From an uncultured Roseburia sp. (GTDB lineage: Bacteria > Bacillota > Clostridia > Lachnospirales > Lachnospiraceae): DNA of 64,000 nt. Below the pieces are notes generated by a model. It saw only the letters and a list, made by a program, of their open reading frames with translations. It did no database searches and had not been told where the DNA came from. The position numbers were made by a program, and so were the translations under genes. Positions 20,601 to 29,687 of the stretch are shown in pieces (position 1 is the first letter of the stretch; every line of letters starts with the position of its first letter). The stretch spans positions 15,366 through 79,365 of the forward strand of contig CAZAMD010000003.1 of the NCBI GenBank assembly GCA_964486485.1. The letters are read 5' to 3'.

Positions 20601-21503
20601 CCTTTAGAGAAAGTATTTCCTACCAGAGCGACCGACAACACACAGGAAGTGCAAACAGGTCTTTATCAAGCGGAGCATGTGTATATCTGCAAACATAAAG
20701 TGGCAAAGCCAACGGTATTTATTCCCGTATTTCCGGGGACAAACTGCGAGTATGACAGCGCAAGGGCCTTTCAGCGGGCGGGCGCGGACACGGTGGTGAA
20801 AGTATTCAGGAATCTGACTGCCAGCGATATCCGCGAATCGGTAGAGGTATTTGCCAAAGCCATCGCGCAGTCACAGATTGTCATGTTCCCGGGCGGTTTC
20901 TCCGCGGGAGACGAGCCGGAGGGATCCGCGAAATTCTTTGCGGCTGCGTTCCGCAATGCCAAGATGGCGGAGGAGATGATGAAATTGCTGAATGAGAGGG
21001 ACGGTCTTGTCCTCGGCATCTGCAACGGCTTCCAGGCATTGATCAAGCTTGGCCTTGTGCCTTACGGCGAGATACGTCCCCAGGCGGCGGATTCACCGAC
21101 CCTGACGTATAACACCATCGGCCGCCATATCAGCAAGATGGTGTATACCAAGGTAGTGTCCGGCAAGTCTCCCTGGCTGGCGGGGGCGGAGCTTGGAAAG
21201 ACCTACTGTAACCCGGCCTCCCACGGGGAGGGGCGTTTTGTGGCTCCGAAGGAGTGGCTGGAGAGGCTTTTTGCAGAGGGGCAGGTGGCGACCCAGTATG
21301 TCAATGAAGCGGGCGTGCCTACCATGGATGAAGAATGGAACGTCAATGGATCCTATCTGGCGGTGGAGGGCATTACAAGCCCGGACGGCCGCGTCCTTGG
21401 GAAAATGGCGCACTCCGAGCGGCGCGGCAGAAGCGTTGCCCTTAATATCTGCGGAGAGCAGGACCTGCGACTCTTTGAGTCCGGCGTGGCTTACTTCAGA
21501 TAG
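17700..21503 (+). CDS. purL: phosphoribosylformylglycinamidine synthase (large, fused type)
   Basis: WSDHCRH, KNETHNHPT, SESQERM, GICNGFQ, GKMAHSER; GGAGG RBS before ATG 17700. Confidence 0.96.
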   Translation: MSKVRRVYVEKKPEFAVHAKELLSEIKSYLGIRAAKKVRELIRYDIENLSEDTYRKALVTVFSEPPVDDIYEETFDRNGAGAFSAEFLPGQFDQRADSAEQCLKLLNEAEEPLIRTAVTYVIEGDLTEEEWSAIKKHCINPVDSREAAPEKPETLAQDFDEPGDVAVFDGFSAMPEQELKGLYDSFNLAMTFKDFLHIQKYFKNEENRDPSVTEIRVLDTYWSDHCRHTTFSTELKDVSFEEGYYKEPMKNTYEDYLASHNRLYAGRDDKFVCLMDLALMAMKRLKEEGKLQDQEESEEINACSIVIPVEVDGEEEEWLLNFKNETHNHPTEIEPFGGAATCLGGAIRDPLSGRTYVYQAMRVTGAADPTVSVKDTIEGKLPQKKLVREAAHGYSSYGNQIGLATGYVKEIYHPDYVAKRMEIGAVLGAAPRRAVQRLTSDPGDVIILLGGRTGRDGIGGATGSSKAHNTESTAVCGAEVQKGNPPTERKIQRLFRREEVTRIIKKCNDFGAGGVSVAIGELADGIRVQLDKVPKKYAGLDGTEIAISESQERMAVVVAPKDVKTFLAYAAEENLEAVEVAVVTEEPRLVLEWRGKEVVNISRAFLNTNGAHQETSVTVEMPDPKENYFQKISSAKVSDAVAQGDMRQAWLAVLSDLNVCSQKGLVERFDASIGAGSVYMPFGGRYQLTETQSMAAKLPVLEGDSDTVTLMAYGFDPYLSSWSPYHGAVYAVLESLSRIVAAGGDYSRVRFTFQEYFRRMNGDPKRWSQPFAALLGAYDAQIGFGLPSIGGKDSMSGTFNEIDVPPTLVSFAVDVAKEKEIITPELKAAGNPLVLFTIKKDAYDLPVYQQVMKLYDVLHNLIGEGVILSAYALDGKGLAAALSKMAFGNRLGVTVSEEMTADTLFGAGFGNIAAEVPTEKMARLKAAFEQAGLSEYAVLAGRVNEEESFCYRSMRLSLKEALEAWTKPLEKVFPTRATDNTQEVQTGLYQAEHVYICKHKVAKPTVFIPVFPGTNCEYDSARAFQRAGADTVVKVFRNLTASDIRESVEVFAKAIAQSQIVMFPGGFSAGDEPEGSAKFFAAAFRNAKMAEEMMKLLNERDGLVLGICNGFQALIKLGLVPYGEIRPQAADSPTLTYNTIGRHISKMVYTKVVSGKSPWLAGAELGKTYCNPASHGEGRFVAPKEWLERLFAEGQVATQYVNEAGVPTMDEEWNVNGSYLAVEGITSPDGRVLGKMAHSERRGRSVALNICGEQDLRLFESGVAYFR

Positions 21504-21642
21504 AGCAGAGCGTCAAGAAGACCGATATCCTGACGCGCAACACAGGGAAATGTTAGAAGTTTCAAAAGAGCGGATCGGAAGAGCGGACAAAAAGAGGAAA
21601 GAGCGCGATGAATGAAACGAGTGGCCGTTTGAAAAGGAGCAG

Positions 21643-23112
21643 TTGGACATGGAAATGATAGAACATGAGTATAGCCGTGAGGATCTGATACGCAGGCTGG
21701 ATGCGTATCTGGATAAAACGCTTGGTGAGGCAGATGTCAATCATGTCTTCGATAAAGCAAAGGCAAATCCTAAGATTACCGGCATTGCGGGGGACGTGGT
21801 TGAACAATCCATCCTGGGTTATCCGGCAGATAATCGTCAGGAACCGGATCTGATTATCGATGGCGTTAAAACGGAATTAAAAACCACGGGTATCAGATAT
21901 TCTAAAAAAGAAAAGAACCGCTATGAAGCCAAGGAACCCATGTCGATTACGGCTGTTTCCCCGAATGCGATCGTTTCTGAAACGTTTGAAAACTCGAATT
22001 TCTGGCATAAGCTGGAGCATATGCTGCTCGTTTATTACCTTTATAAATCAGCAGTAACGGTAAGCGCAGCGGATTATGCCCATTTCCCGATCAAGGGGTA
22101 TGAATTTTTTGAATTCAGCGATGAGGATAGAGAAATACTGAAAAGTGACTGGACGGCTGTCAGGGATTTTATTGCGAAGCTTCAAAAGCAATATGATGAC
22201 TATGAGTCGCAGTACCCGAGGCTCTCTTCGGAATTGAGACGTGAGCTTTTATACATCGATACAGCTCCGAGATGGCCGCACCCGCCGAGATTCAGGCTCA
22301 AGAGGTCTGTGGTGACCAGAATCGTCCAGGAACATTTCGGGCAATCGCTGGAACAGTTGCCGGGGCGGTATAGCAGTTACTCTGATATAGACCGGAAGTG
22401 CCGCAGTCTGGCTGCTGCTTACGGGGGCAAAACCGTGGAGGAGCTTGCAAAGATATTTTCTCTTGGTGGCAGGCTCGATGGAAAGGCGGTTAGCGAAAGG
22501 CTGATCGTCAGGATGTTTGGCGGTCAGGCAAAGAAGCTGCAAAAGATAGAACTTTTCAGCAAAATAGGGATGCTGGGCAAATCCATTGTCTTGACCAAAG
22601 AGGGATTAAGAACAGAAGACATGAAGCTTTTCCGCATAGATTTTGATGAAATCAGCGATCAGGATATTGATTTTGAGGATTCCTCGTTCTACAGTTATTT
22701 TGCAGACAGACAGATGCTTTGTATTGTATTTGAGGAACCAGATACGGAAGCTGCGTTTAAGGAAAACAAGTTTCTCGGGTTTAAGAGGTTTATCTTTGAT
22801 CAGGAGCTTATAGAAGAAAAAGTACGCCCTGTGTGGGATAAAATCAGGTATCTCATAGTTTCTGGAGAACTGAAAGATGTAGTTGCGATTGACAGGAAAA
22901 CAGGAAAGCCAAAGATGAATCCAAAAACCGGAACGATTCAATCTGCACCGAATTTTCCCAAATCATCTGAGGGAGATCTATTTGTCAGAGGATCAGGTTC
23001 GGACTCAACATATAAGCCTGAAGCCGTTAACGGAATACATATGTATAGACAATATCTCTGGATGAAAGGCACATACCTCGCGGACTGTTTATCGGAGATA
23101 GCGTTCCTGTAA
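21643..23112 (+). CDS. Sau3AI/MutH family type II restriction endonuclease
   Basis: G(I/D)VVEQ, EPDL...TELKTT PD-(D/E)XK motif, AKEPMSIT, ENSNFWHK; duplicated MutH-like C-terminal half; start may be ATG 21649. Confidence 0.85.
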   Translation: MDMEMIEHEYSREDLIRRLDAYLDKTLGEADVNHVFDKAKANPKITGIAGDVVEQSILGYPADNRQEPDLIIDGVKTELKTTGIRYSKKEKNRYEAKEPMSITAVSPNAIVSETFENSNFWHKLEHMLLVYYLYKSAVTVSAADYAHFPIKGYEFFEFSDEDREILKSDWTAVRDFIAKLQKQYDDYESQYPRLSSELRRELLYIDTAPRWPHPPRFRLKRSVVTRIVQEHFGQSLEQLPGRYSSYSDIDRKCRSLAAAYGGKTVEELAKIFSLGGRLDGKAVSERLIVRMFGGQAKKLQKIELFSKIGMLGKSIVLTKEGLRTEDMKLFRIDFDEISDQDIDFEDSSFYSYFADRQMLCIVFEEPDTEAAFKENKFLGFKRFIFDQELIEEKVRPVWDKIRYLIVSGELKDVVAIDRKTGKPKMNPKTGTIQSAPNFPKSSEGDLFVRGSGSDSTYKPEAVNGIHMYRQYLWMKGTYLADCLSEIAFL

Positions 23113-23215
23113 AAAGCAGTTGATCTTTTGGAGATCATATGCTAATATGGATTCTGTCCAAAGGAGAAACATTTTGTCTTATGAATACAACGAAAACTTA
23201 AAGGAGATAAACACT

Positions 23216-24598
23216 ATGAAGAAGACAGTCTGCGAGCTGTTTGCAGGTGTGGGAGGATTTCGGTGCGGCCTGAACAATATATCTGCATTGGAGGACTTTG
23301 ATAAAAAGGAAAAATGGGATACGGTTTGGTTCAGTCAATGGGAGCCTTCAGAAAAAAAAACGCAGTATGCGCATGACTGCTATGTGTATCATTTTGGAAC
23401 GAGCCTTGATGCGGACGGCAATGATACAACAAACTGGAATATTGAAGAGGTTGATAAAAGCAAATTGCCGGATTTCAATCTGCTCGTCGGCGGGTTTCCG
23501 TGCCAGGATTATTCAGTAGCTTCAACGCTCTCAACGTCAAAGGGGTTGGAAGGTAAAAAAGGGATACTCTGGTGGTCAATCAGAGAGGTGCTTGAGGAGA
23601 AAAAAACACCGTTTGTGCTTCTTGAGAATGTTGACAGGCTTCTTAAATCCCCGGCAAAGCAAAGGGGCAGGGATTTTGGGATCATACTTGCTTGTTTCAG
23701 AGACGAAGGCTACACGGTGGAATGGCGGGTGATCAATGCCGCGGATTATGGATATCAGCAGAGAAGGCGGCGCGTCTTTATTTTTGCATATAAGAATGAC
23801 ACAAAATATGCCGGGAAGACATTATCTGTTATAAAATATGAGAAAGAAGATGCGTTAAACCGGGACAGTATCGCAAAACTTCTCCTTGAAAATGGTTTCT
23901 TTGCAAAGACGTTTCCTGTGGAAGCATTGGATGCAGGAAAAATCAGGATCGGGACTCTGCCATATGAGATAGGCGATGTCTCAGCTCATTTTCAGTTTGC
24001 TTTTGAAAATTCAGGGTTTATGAAAGACGGAAAAATCTATACAGTAAAGACTGAGCCGAAATATGAAGGCAAAGGCATTACCCTTGGCGATATCATGGAT
24101 AGCGGTGATGTGGACGAGGAGTATTTTATTCCTGAGAACAGGCTCTACTACACGGCACCGGGAGTGGACCACAGCGATGAGACCGGTGAAAAACTGTCGG
24201 ATGAGGCACGTCATACATGGCAATATATAAAAGGTGCGAAGAGATTGTACCGCAAGGCTGCGAATGGCCATGAATATGTATACTCAGAAGGACCCATTCC
24301 GATGATCGATGAGGCGGATAAACCAGCGCGGACTATGTTGACTTCAGAGGGCGGATTTAGCAGGACAACCCATATCGTAAGGGATAAAAAGACGGGAAGG
24401 ATACGTCTTCTGACTGCGAATGAAACCGAACGCATTCAGGGCTTTCCCACAGATCACACAAAGTATTGCCTTGTCAATGGAAAAATTGTGGAGATGCCGA
24501 CAAGAAAGAGGCGTTTCATGATGGGAAACGCTTTGGTAGTAAATTTGATAAAAGATATGGAGGTCACCTTATCGGATATTTTTGACCAGGAAGGCTAA
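23216..24598 (+). CDS. DNA (cytosine-5)-methyltransferase, Sau3AI-like cognate MTase
   Basis: ELFAGVGG, GGFPCQDYS, ENVDRLL, QRRRR, ERIQGFP, MGNAL; AAGGAG RBS. Confidence 0.92.
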   Translation: MKKTVCELFAGVGGFRCGLNNISALEDFDKKEKWDTVWFSQWEPSEKKTQYAHDCYVYHFGTSLDADGNDTTNWNIEEVDKSKLPDFNLLVGGFPCQDYSVASTLSTSKGLEGKKGILWWSIREVLEEKKTPFVLLENVDRLLKSPAKQRGRDFGIILACFRDEGYTVEWRVINAADYGYQQRRRRVFIFAYKNDTKYAGKTLSVIKYEKEDALNRDSIAKLLLENGFFAKTFPVEALDAGKIRIGTLPYEIGDVSAHFQFAFENSGFMKDGKIYTVKTEPKYEGKGITLGDIMDSGDVDEEYFIPENRLYYTAPGVDHSDETGEKLSDEARHTWQYIKGAKRLYRKAANGHEYVYSEGPIPMIDEADKPARTMLTSEGGFSRTTHIVRDKKTGRIRLLTANETERIQGFPTDHTKYCLVNGKIVEMPTRKRRFMMGNALVVNLIKDMEVTLSDIFDQEG

Positions 24599-24678
24599 AG
24601 ACGTGGGAGATTACAACATGATACGATTGGCGCGCAGCGGACCGGGGATAAAAACAGATCTTGTGTTATAGAAGCTAT

Positions 24679-24750
24679 GCGGGATTGCCTCTTTTCGTGG
24701 CCGCTCTTGTTTTGCAGCTGAAACGATGACACAGAAAGGGCATTCCCGCT
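24679..24750. repeat. ~72-bp dispersed REP-like repeat, copy A
   Basis: Reverse complement aligns with 50349-50421; ends GCGGGATTGCC...GGGCATTCCCGC are mutually complementary. Confidence 0.7.
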
Positions 24751-24888
24751 TTTTCATATTTCAGATCCAGCACATATGCTGTAATCCTACATTTTTCTGC
24801 CAAAACTAAGGCGATATAGGATTGAATGCTCTGACAGATTGTGATAGTATAAAGGAATGGAAGAACGAAGGAATCAAAAGGCACGGAT

Positions 24889-25986
24889 TTGGAAATGGAG
24901 GGGATAAATGTGGAAAATACAGTCCTTATGATCGACGATGATATGTTAAACATAAAGTCCACGCAGAATATCTTACGGGGTGAATACAGAGTCGCAACCG
25001 CAACCTCCGGCCTGGATGCCTTCCGGATCCTGGAATTTATGAAGCCGGACCTGATCTTGCTGGATATCAATATGCCGGAAATGGACGGCTTTGAATTTTT
25101 GGAAGAATTGAAAAAAAAGCAGGATACCCAAAAGATACCCGTGATTTTCCTGACGGCGGAGCAGAGCGCGGATATGGAGACGCGCGCGTTTGAGGAGGGG
25201 GCGGAGGATTTCGTGTCGAAGCCCTTTAACCCGGAAATCCTGAAAAACCGGGTGAAAAAAACCATAGACGTTGAAATGTACCAGCGCCATCTGGAGGATA
25301 TGGTAGAGGCTCAGACAGAGAGGATCATAGACCACGAGAATCAGATCAACCAGATCCAGATGGAAATGATAGGCGCCATGGCAAAGGTCATTGAGAGCCG
25401 GGATGGCGGCACGGGGGAGCATGTAAGGCGCACAAGCAGATATGTGGCCCTTTTGGCGGAGCTGCTGCAAAAGGAAGAATACACCAAGCGGGAGATGACG
25501 GAGTACTATGTGGATATCCTCTGCCGCGCCGCTTTTATGCACGACATCGGAAAGATAAAAGTAGACGATGCGATCTTGAAAAAGCCCGGCAGATTCACCC
25601 AGGAGGAATTTGCCAAAATGAAGATCCATGCGGAAGCGGGCGGGGAGATCATCCGCAGTACGATGGGGGGCGCGAAAGAGAAAGACTATGTGGAGATCGC
25701 CGCGGATGTGGCGATGTACCACCATGAACGCTGGGACGGCAGAGGCTATCCCAAGGGCCTTTCCGGCGAGGCTATCCCCTTAGGGGCGAGGATCATGGCA
25801 TTGGCGGACGTGTTTGACGGATTGACGAGCGCGCGCCGCTATAAAAAGGCGATGAATGCGGAAGAGGCATTTTCCATCATAGAAGAGGAGTCTGGAAAAC
25901 AGTTCGATCCGGAGCTGGCAAAAGTGATGCTGGCAAATAAGGACATATTCCGAAAGCAGCTAAAAGAATTTTCCATGGAAGAATAA
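24889..25986 (+). CDS. response regulator with HD-GYP c-di-GMP phosphodiesterase domain (RpfG-like)
   Basis: IDDD / LLDINMPEMDG / SKPF receiver; HDIGK and HHERWDGRGYP; start may be 24895 or 24910. Confidence 0.92.
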   Translation: MEMEGINVENTVLMIDDDMLNIKSTQNILRGEYRVATATSGLDAFRILEFMKPDLILLDINMPEMDGFEFLEELKKKQDTQKIPVIFLTAEQSADMETRAFEEGAEDFVSKPFNPEILKNRVKKTIDVEMYQRHLEDMVEAQTERIIDHENQINQIQMEMIGAMAKVIESRDGGTGEHVRRTSRYVALLAELLQKEEYTKREMTEYYVDILCRAAFMHDIGKIKVDDAILKKPGRFTQEEFAKMKIHAEAGGEIIRSTMGGAKEKDYVEIAADVAMYHHERWDGRGYPKGLSGEAIPLGARIMALADVFDGLTSARRYKKAMNAEEAFSIIEEESGKQFDPELAKVMLANKDIFRKQLKEFSMEE

Positions 25987-26007
25987 CAGGGCGGAGAGGA
26001 AAGAGAG

Positions 26008-26994
26008 ATGGAGCGGGAAAACAGCAGAATATGGCTGCAGAATATGGAAGCGATCGGCATGGCAAGGAAAGAGGAAATCATCCACATCTTTATTGTAAAT
26101 CCATGGGCGGGAAGATTGACCTTTGCCACTGATCTGCGGAAAAAACTCTCCAAAATGAGAGATATCCAGTATTTTGTGTTCAATACCAGGTATGCCGGGC
26201 ATGAAAAGACTCTGGTAAAGGACATACAGAACATCTTTGAAAATGAAAGACTGCGTTTCTACTGCTGCGGAGGCTCCGGCACCATGCGCAATATGTTAAA
26301 TGCCTTTGAGGATCTCTCCGATGTGGAGGTCGCGTTCTTTCCCTGCGGCCTGACCAACGATTTCCTGAAAGTCTTTGGCGAGGCGGAGAAGCAGTTTTCC
26401 GATATCGAAGAGCTGATCAACGGAGAGGTGGTCCGCGTAGACTACATAAAAAGCAATCATGGAGTGGCGCTCAACACATTTTCCACGGGGCTGGATGTGA
26501 CAGTCATCGAGAAAGCAAAAGAATACCGGTTTTTAAACTTCCTTGCGCCGAATATGCCCTACAGCGTTGCTTCGGTCTATGCGATGCTGCTGTCGCACCA
26601 GTACAGCTATGAAGTGGAAATGGATGACAGGAAATTCGAGGGAAAGGCGGTGGAGGTATTTTTCGGGAACGGGAAATTCCTGGGAGGAAGCCTCAATTTC
26701 GCCCCGAGCGCGGATGTTACAGACGGTCTGGGGAATTACCGCATCATTTATGGGCGCAACGGCTTTTTCCTGCTCGGGAAGGTCTGGGATCTGTTAAAGG
26801 GAAGATATGACAGGCTCGACGAGATCTCGGAGTGTGGAAGGAGCAAAAGGATCTCCATAAGGAGAAAAGACGGGGAGGCATTCCTGGTAAATCAGGACGG
26901 GGAAGGGATCATAGATACGGAATGGCACGCTGAGATCGTAAGAAAAGGACTGCAGCTTGTAGTGCCCAAGGGGGTGAGCCGGAATGGAAGATAG
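26008..26994 (+). CDS. diacylglycerol/lipid kinase-fold protein with degenerate motifs
   Basis: IVNPWAG, GGSGT (canonical GGDGT), PCGLTNDF, STGLD, NGKFLGG, QDGE; start may be ATG 26059. Confidence 0.78.
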   Translation: MERENSRIWLQNMEAIGMARKEEIIHIFIVNPWAGRLTFATDLRKKLSKMRDIQYFVFNTRYAGHEKTLVKDIQNIFENERLRFYCCGGSGTMRNMLNAFEDLSDVEVAFFPCGLTNDFLKVFGEAEKQFSDIEELINGEVVRVDYIKSNHGVALNTFSTGLDVTVIEKAKEYRFLNFLAPNMPYSVASVYAMLLSHQYSYEVEMDDRKFEGKAVEVFFGNGKFLGGSLNFAPSADVTDGLGNYRIIYGRNGFFLLGKVWDLLKGRYDRLDEISECGRSKRISIRRKDGEAFLVNQDGEGIIDTEWHAEIVRKGLQLVVPKGVSRNGR

Positions 26995-29572
26995 GAGATT
27001 CGCGAAGAAAGGGAATTGCATTGTCTATGCTTTTTTGGCGGCGATGACGATCGCGGTGGAAATTTTCTATGCCGGCAGGAAGGAGACGGCGCGGGAGTCT
27101 GTTATCCTGTTCCTCATGATCACGGTCTTCATTTCAGAGAGGCTGACAAGGAATCAGAATGTGTCCGACGGATTTCACGCGAAGGTCCACACACTCTTTT
27201 ATTCGCTGACCGCTGTCCTGATGGGGGTGGAGACGTCGAACACCACGGTCTATCTGGTGTTTCTGGTGATACCGATGTTCATGCAGCTGCTTTATCTGGA
27301 CAAGAAAGCGTATATTTTCATGGAGAGTGTTTTATTCATCCAGTTTACGCTGCTGCTGTTTCTAGGCTTTCCCTATATGTCGGGGAATCCGTCCCCGATG
27401 GTGTGCATTTTCTACTACACCAGGCTGTTTCTCTGCGTCATTACGATGATGTACCTGATCAATGTACTCGACATCCAAAAGAAGATGAATTATGAGCAGG
27501 AGTGCAGCCTTGACGATATGCTGAGGATCATTTCCTCAAAATGCGACGACGTAAAAAAAGCTTCCCAGAGCAAATCCGATTTCTTATCCCATATGTCCCA
27601 TGAGATAAGGACTCCCATCAACTCCATTCTCGGCATGAATGAGATGATCCTGCGGGAGAGCAGCGAGGAGGCGATCGTCGGTTATGCCATGAATGTGGAG
27701 AGTGCGGGAACAACCCTTCTTTCCCTGGTGAACGATATTCTGGATTTTTCCAAGATCGAGTCTGAAAAAATGGAAATTGTTCCGGTGGAATACATGTTAA
27801 GCTCCGTCATCAACGATCTGGTGAATATGATGCGGCCGAGAATGGCGCAGAAAAACCTGGATTTAAAGGTAGTGGTCAATCCGTTCACGCCCGACCTGCT
27901 GTACGGGGATGATATCAGGATAAAGCAGATCCTCACGAATCTCTTAACGAACGCCTTTAAGTACACAGATGAGGGGGGCGTGACCCTTTTTGTGGATTAC
28001 ATAGACATTGACGACGGGAAGATCGCCCTGGGAGTGAAAGTGCAGGATACCGGTTACGGCATTCAGAAAGAAGACATGAATAAAATCTTCAGCTCTTTCC
28101 AGAGGGTGGACGAAAAGCGGAACCGCAACATCGAGGGGACCGGGTTGGGGCTTACCATCGCCAGCCGCCTCGTGAAGCTGATGGGCGGGGAGATGAGCGT
28201 GGAGAGCGAATATGGGAAAGGGTCTGTATTTTCCATTGATATCCCGCAGGGAGTGCATTCGAGAGAACCCATTGGAGAGTTTTCCGACCGCATCGAAAAC
28301 CGTGTCAATACGCGGGCTGTCTATGAGGAGTACTTTACGGCCCCGGATGCCAAGGTGCTGGTGGTGGACGACAATAAGATGAACCTGACGGTCATCATCC
28401 AGCTCTTAAAGAGAACGAAGCTGCGGCTGGAAACGGCGGAGAGCGGAGAAGAGTGCATCGCCCTTGTGAAGCGGAATCACTATGATCTGATCCTGATGGA
28501 TCACATGATGCCGGGCATGGATGGCGTGGAAACCCTGGCGAGATTAAAAGCGGAATTTTCCGGATCCCTGTGCCCTGTCATTGCTCTGACGGCGAATGCC
28601 ATTGCGGGGGCAAGGGATATGTACTTAAACGCTGGCTTTCAGGATTACCTGTCAAAACCGATCAAAGGGGAGAAATTAGAAAAAATGCTTATGAAGTGGC
28701 TGCCCCCGGAGAAGATCTGCGTCACAAAGAAAAACAGCCAGCAGGAAGAGGCCGCGCCCGCGCAGGAAATAAGCCAAAGCCAGGAGACGAGCATCTGGCC
28801 GGAGCCGTCTGACGGCTGGAAAGAGGAGGATCCGTGGGAAGAAGATGATTTCTACGAAGAGGTGACATTTGAGCAGGAGCTGCCGGAAGCCTCCGGGGAC
28901 GCGGCGGAACTTCCGCAGTGCGACTATCCCGAAGAGATGGATCTGGCGGTGGCGGAGCAGTATTCTCCAGATGGATTTGCGGGGATCCGGATCAATGTCA
29001 GCGTCTTTTTGGAACATGTGCCTGAGATCCGGAAAAACCTGCTGGAGGCATATGAGTCAGACAATATGGAAGATTATGTCATTTATGTGCATTCTATGAA
29101 GAGCAACCTGGCGCTCATCGGAGCGGAGGGATTGTCCGGCAGGGCGAGGGAACTCGAGCTTGAGGGAAAAGCGGGAAATGATGCTTTCATAAAGGAGAAT
29201 CACCAGGCGTTTCTGGCGGACTATGATTCCTTCGTAGGAAAATTAAGGAAAGCCATGGGACTAAAGACAGAGGAAAGCCAGCAGAACGGGGAGGTCCGGG
29301 AGATCCGGGAGGTCCCGCAGGGAGATATCAGGGAACTGGCGGCAAAACTGTCGGATGTGACGGAATGCTATGACTTAGTGGGAATGAAAGAACTGGTAAG
29401 GGCCATCGCGGCAGTCAGGGACGTCACGGAAACCCAGGCGGAAGTGATAGCGCGTTTAGAAAAAGCGGTGGAAGCATTGGATTTCATACAGGTAAAAAAG
29501 GCGGCGGAGGAACTGCAGGCGCAGATTTCCCCCGCGCCACCCCGGACGCAGGCGCTCTCGGAGGGGAGATAG
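26984..29572 (+). CDS. membrane hybrid sensor histidine kinase (HisKA-HATPase-REC-HPt)
   Basis: Multi-TM N-terminus; SHMSHEIRTP, NLLTNAFKYT, GTGLGL, VVDDN/LMDHMMPGMDG, HSMKS HPt. Confidence 0.93.
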   Translation: MEDRRFAKKGNCIVYAFLAAMTIAVEIFYAGRKETARESVILFLMITVFISERLTRNQNVSDGFHAKVHTLFYSLTAVLMGVETSNTTVYLVFLVIPMFMQLLYLDKKAYIFMESVLFIQFTLLLFLGFPYMSGNPSPMVCIFYYTRLFLCVITMMYLINVLDIQKKMNYEQECSLDDMLRIISSKCDDVKKASQSKSDFLSHMSHEIRTPINSILGMNEMILRESSEEAIVGYAMNVESAGTTLLSLVNDILDFSKIESEKMEIVPVEYMLSSVINDLVNMMRPRMAQKNLDLKVVVNPFTPDLLYGDDIRIKQILTNLLTNAFKYTDEGGVTLFVDYIDIDDGKIALGVKVQDTGYGIQKEDMNKIFSSFQRVDEKRNRNIEGTGLGLTIASRLVKLMGGEMSVESEYGKGSVFSIDIPQGVHSREPIGEFSDRIENRVNTRAVYEEYFTAPDAKVLVVDDNKMNLTVIIQLLKRTKLRLETAESGEECIALVKRNHYDLILMDHMMPGMDGVETLARLKAEFSGSLCPVIALTANAIAGARDMYLNAGFQDYLSKPIKGEKLEKMLMKWLPPEKICVTKKNSQQEEAAPAQEISQSQETSIWPEPSDGWKEEDPWEEDDFYEEVTFEQELPEASGDAAELPQCDYPEEMDLAVAEQYSPDGFAGIRINVSVFLEHVPEIRKNLLEAYESDNMEDYVIYVHSMKSNLALIGAEGLSGRARELELEGKAGNDAFIKENHQAFLADYDSFVGKLRKAMGLKTEESQQNGEVREIREVPQGDIRELAAKLSDVTECYDLVGMKELVRAIAAVRDVTETQAEVIARLEKAVEALDFIQVKKAAEELQAQISPAPPRTQALSEGR

Positions 29573-29687
29573 CTTGGTTTGCCAGCGGATTTCATTCGCT
29601 TGGAATCTGTGCCGGAGCGTCACAAATATGCTTTGATCGCAGAGCAGAACCGGACATTCTGCTCGCGCTCCTTTCAAGGAGGTTTGC

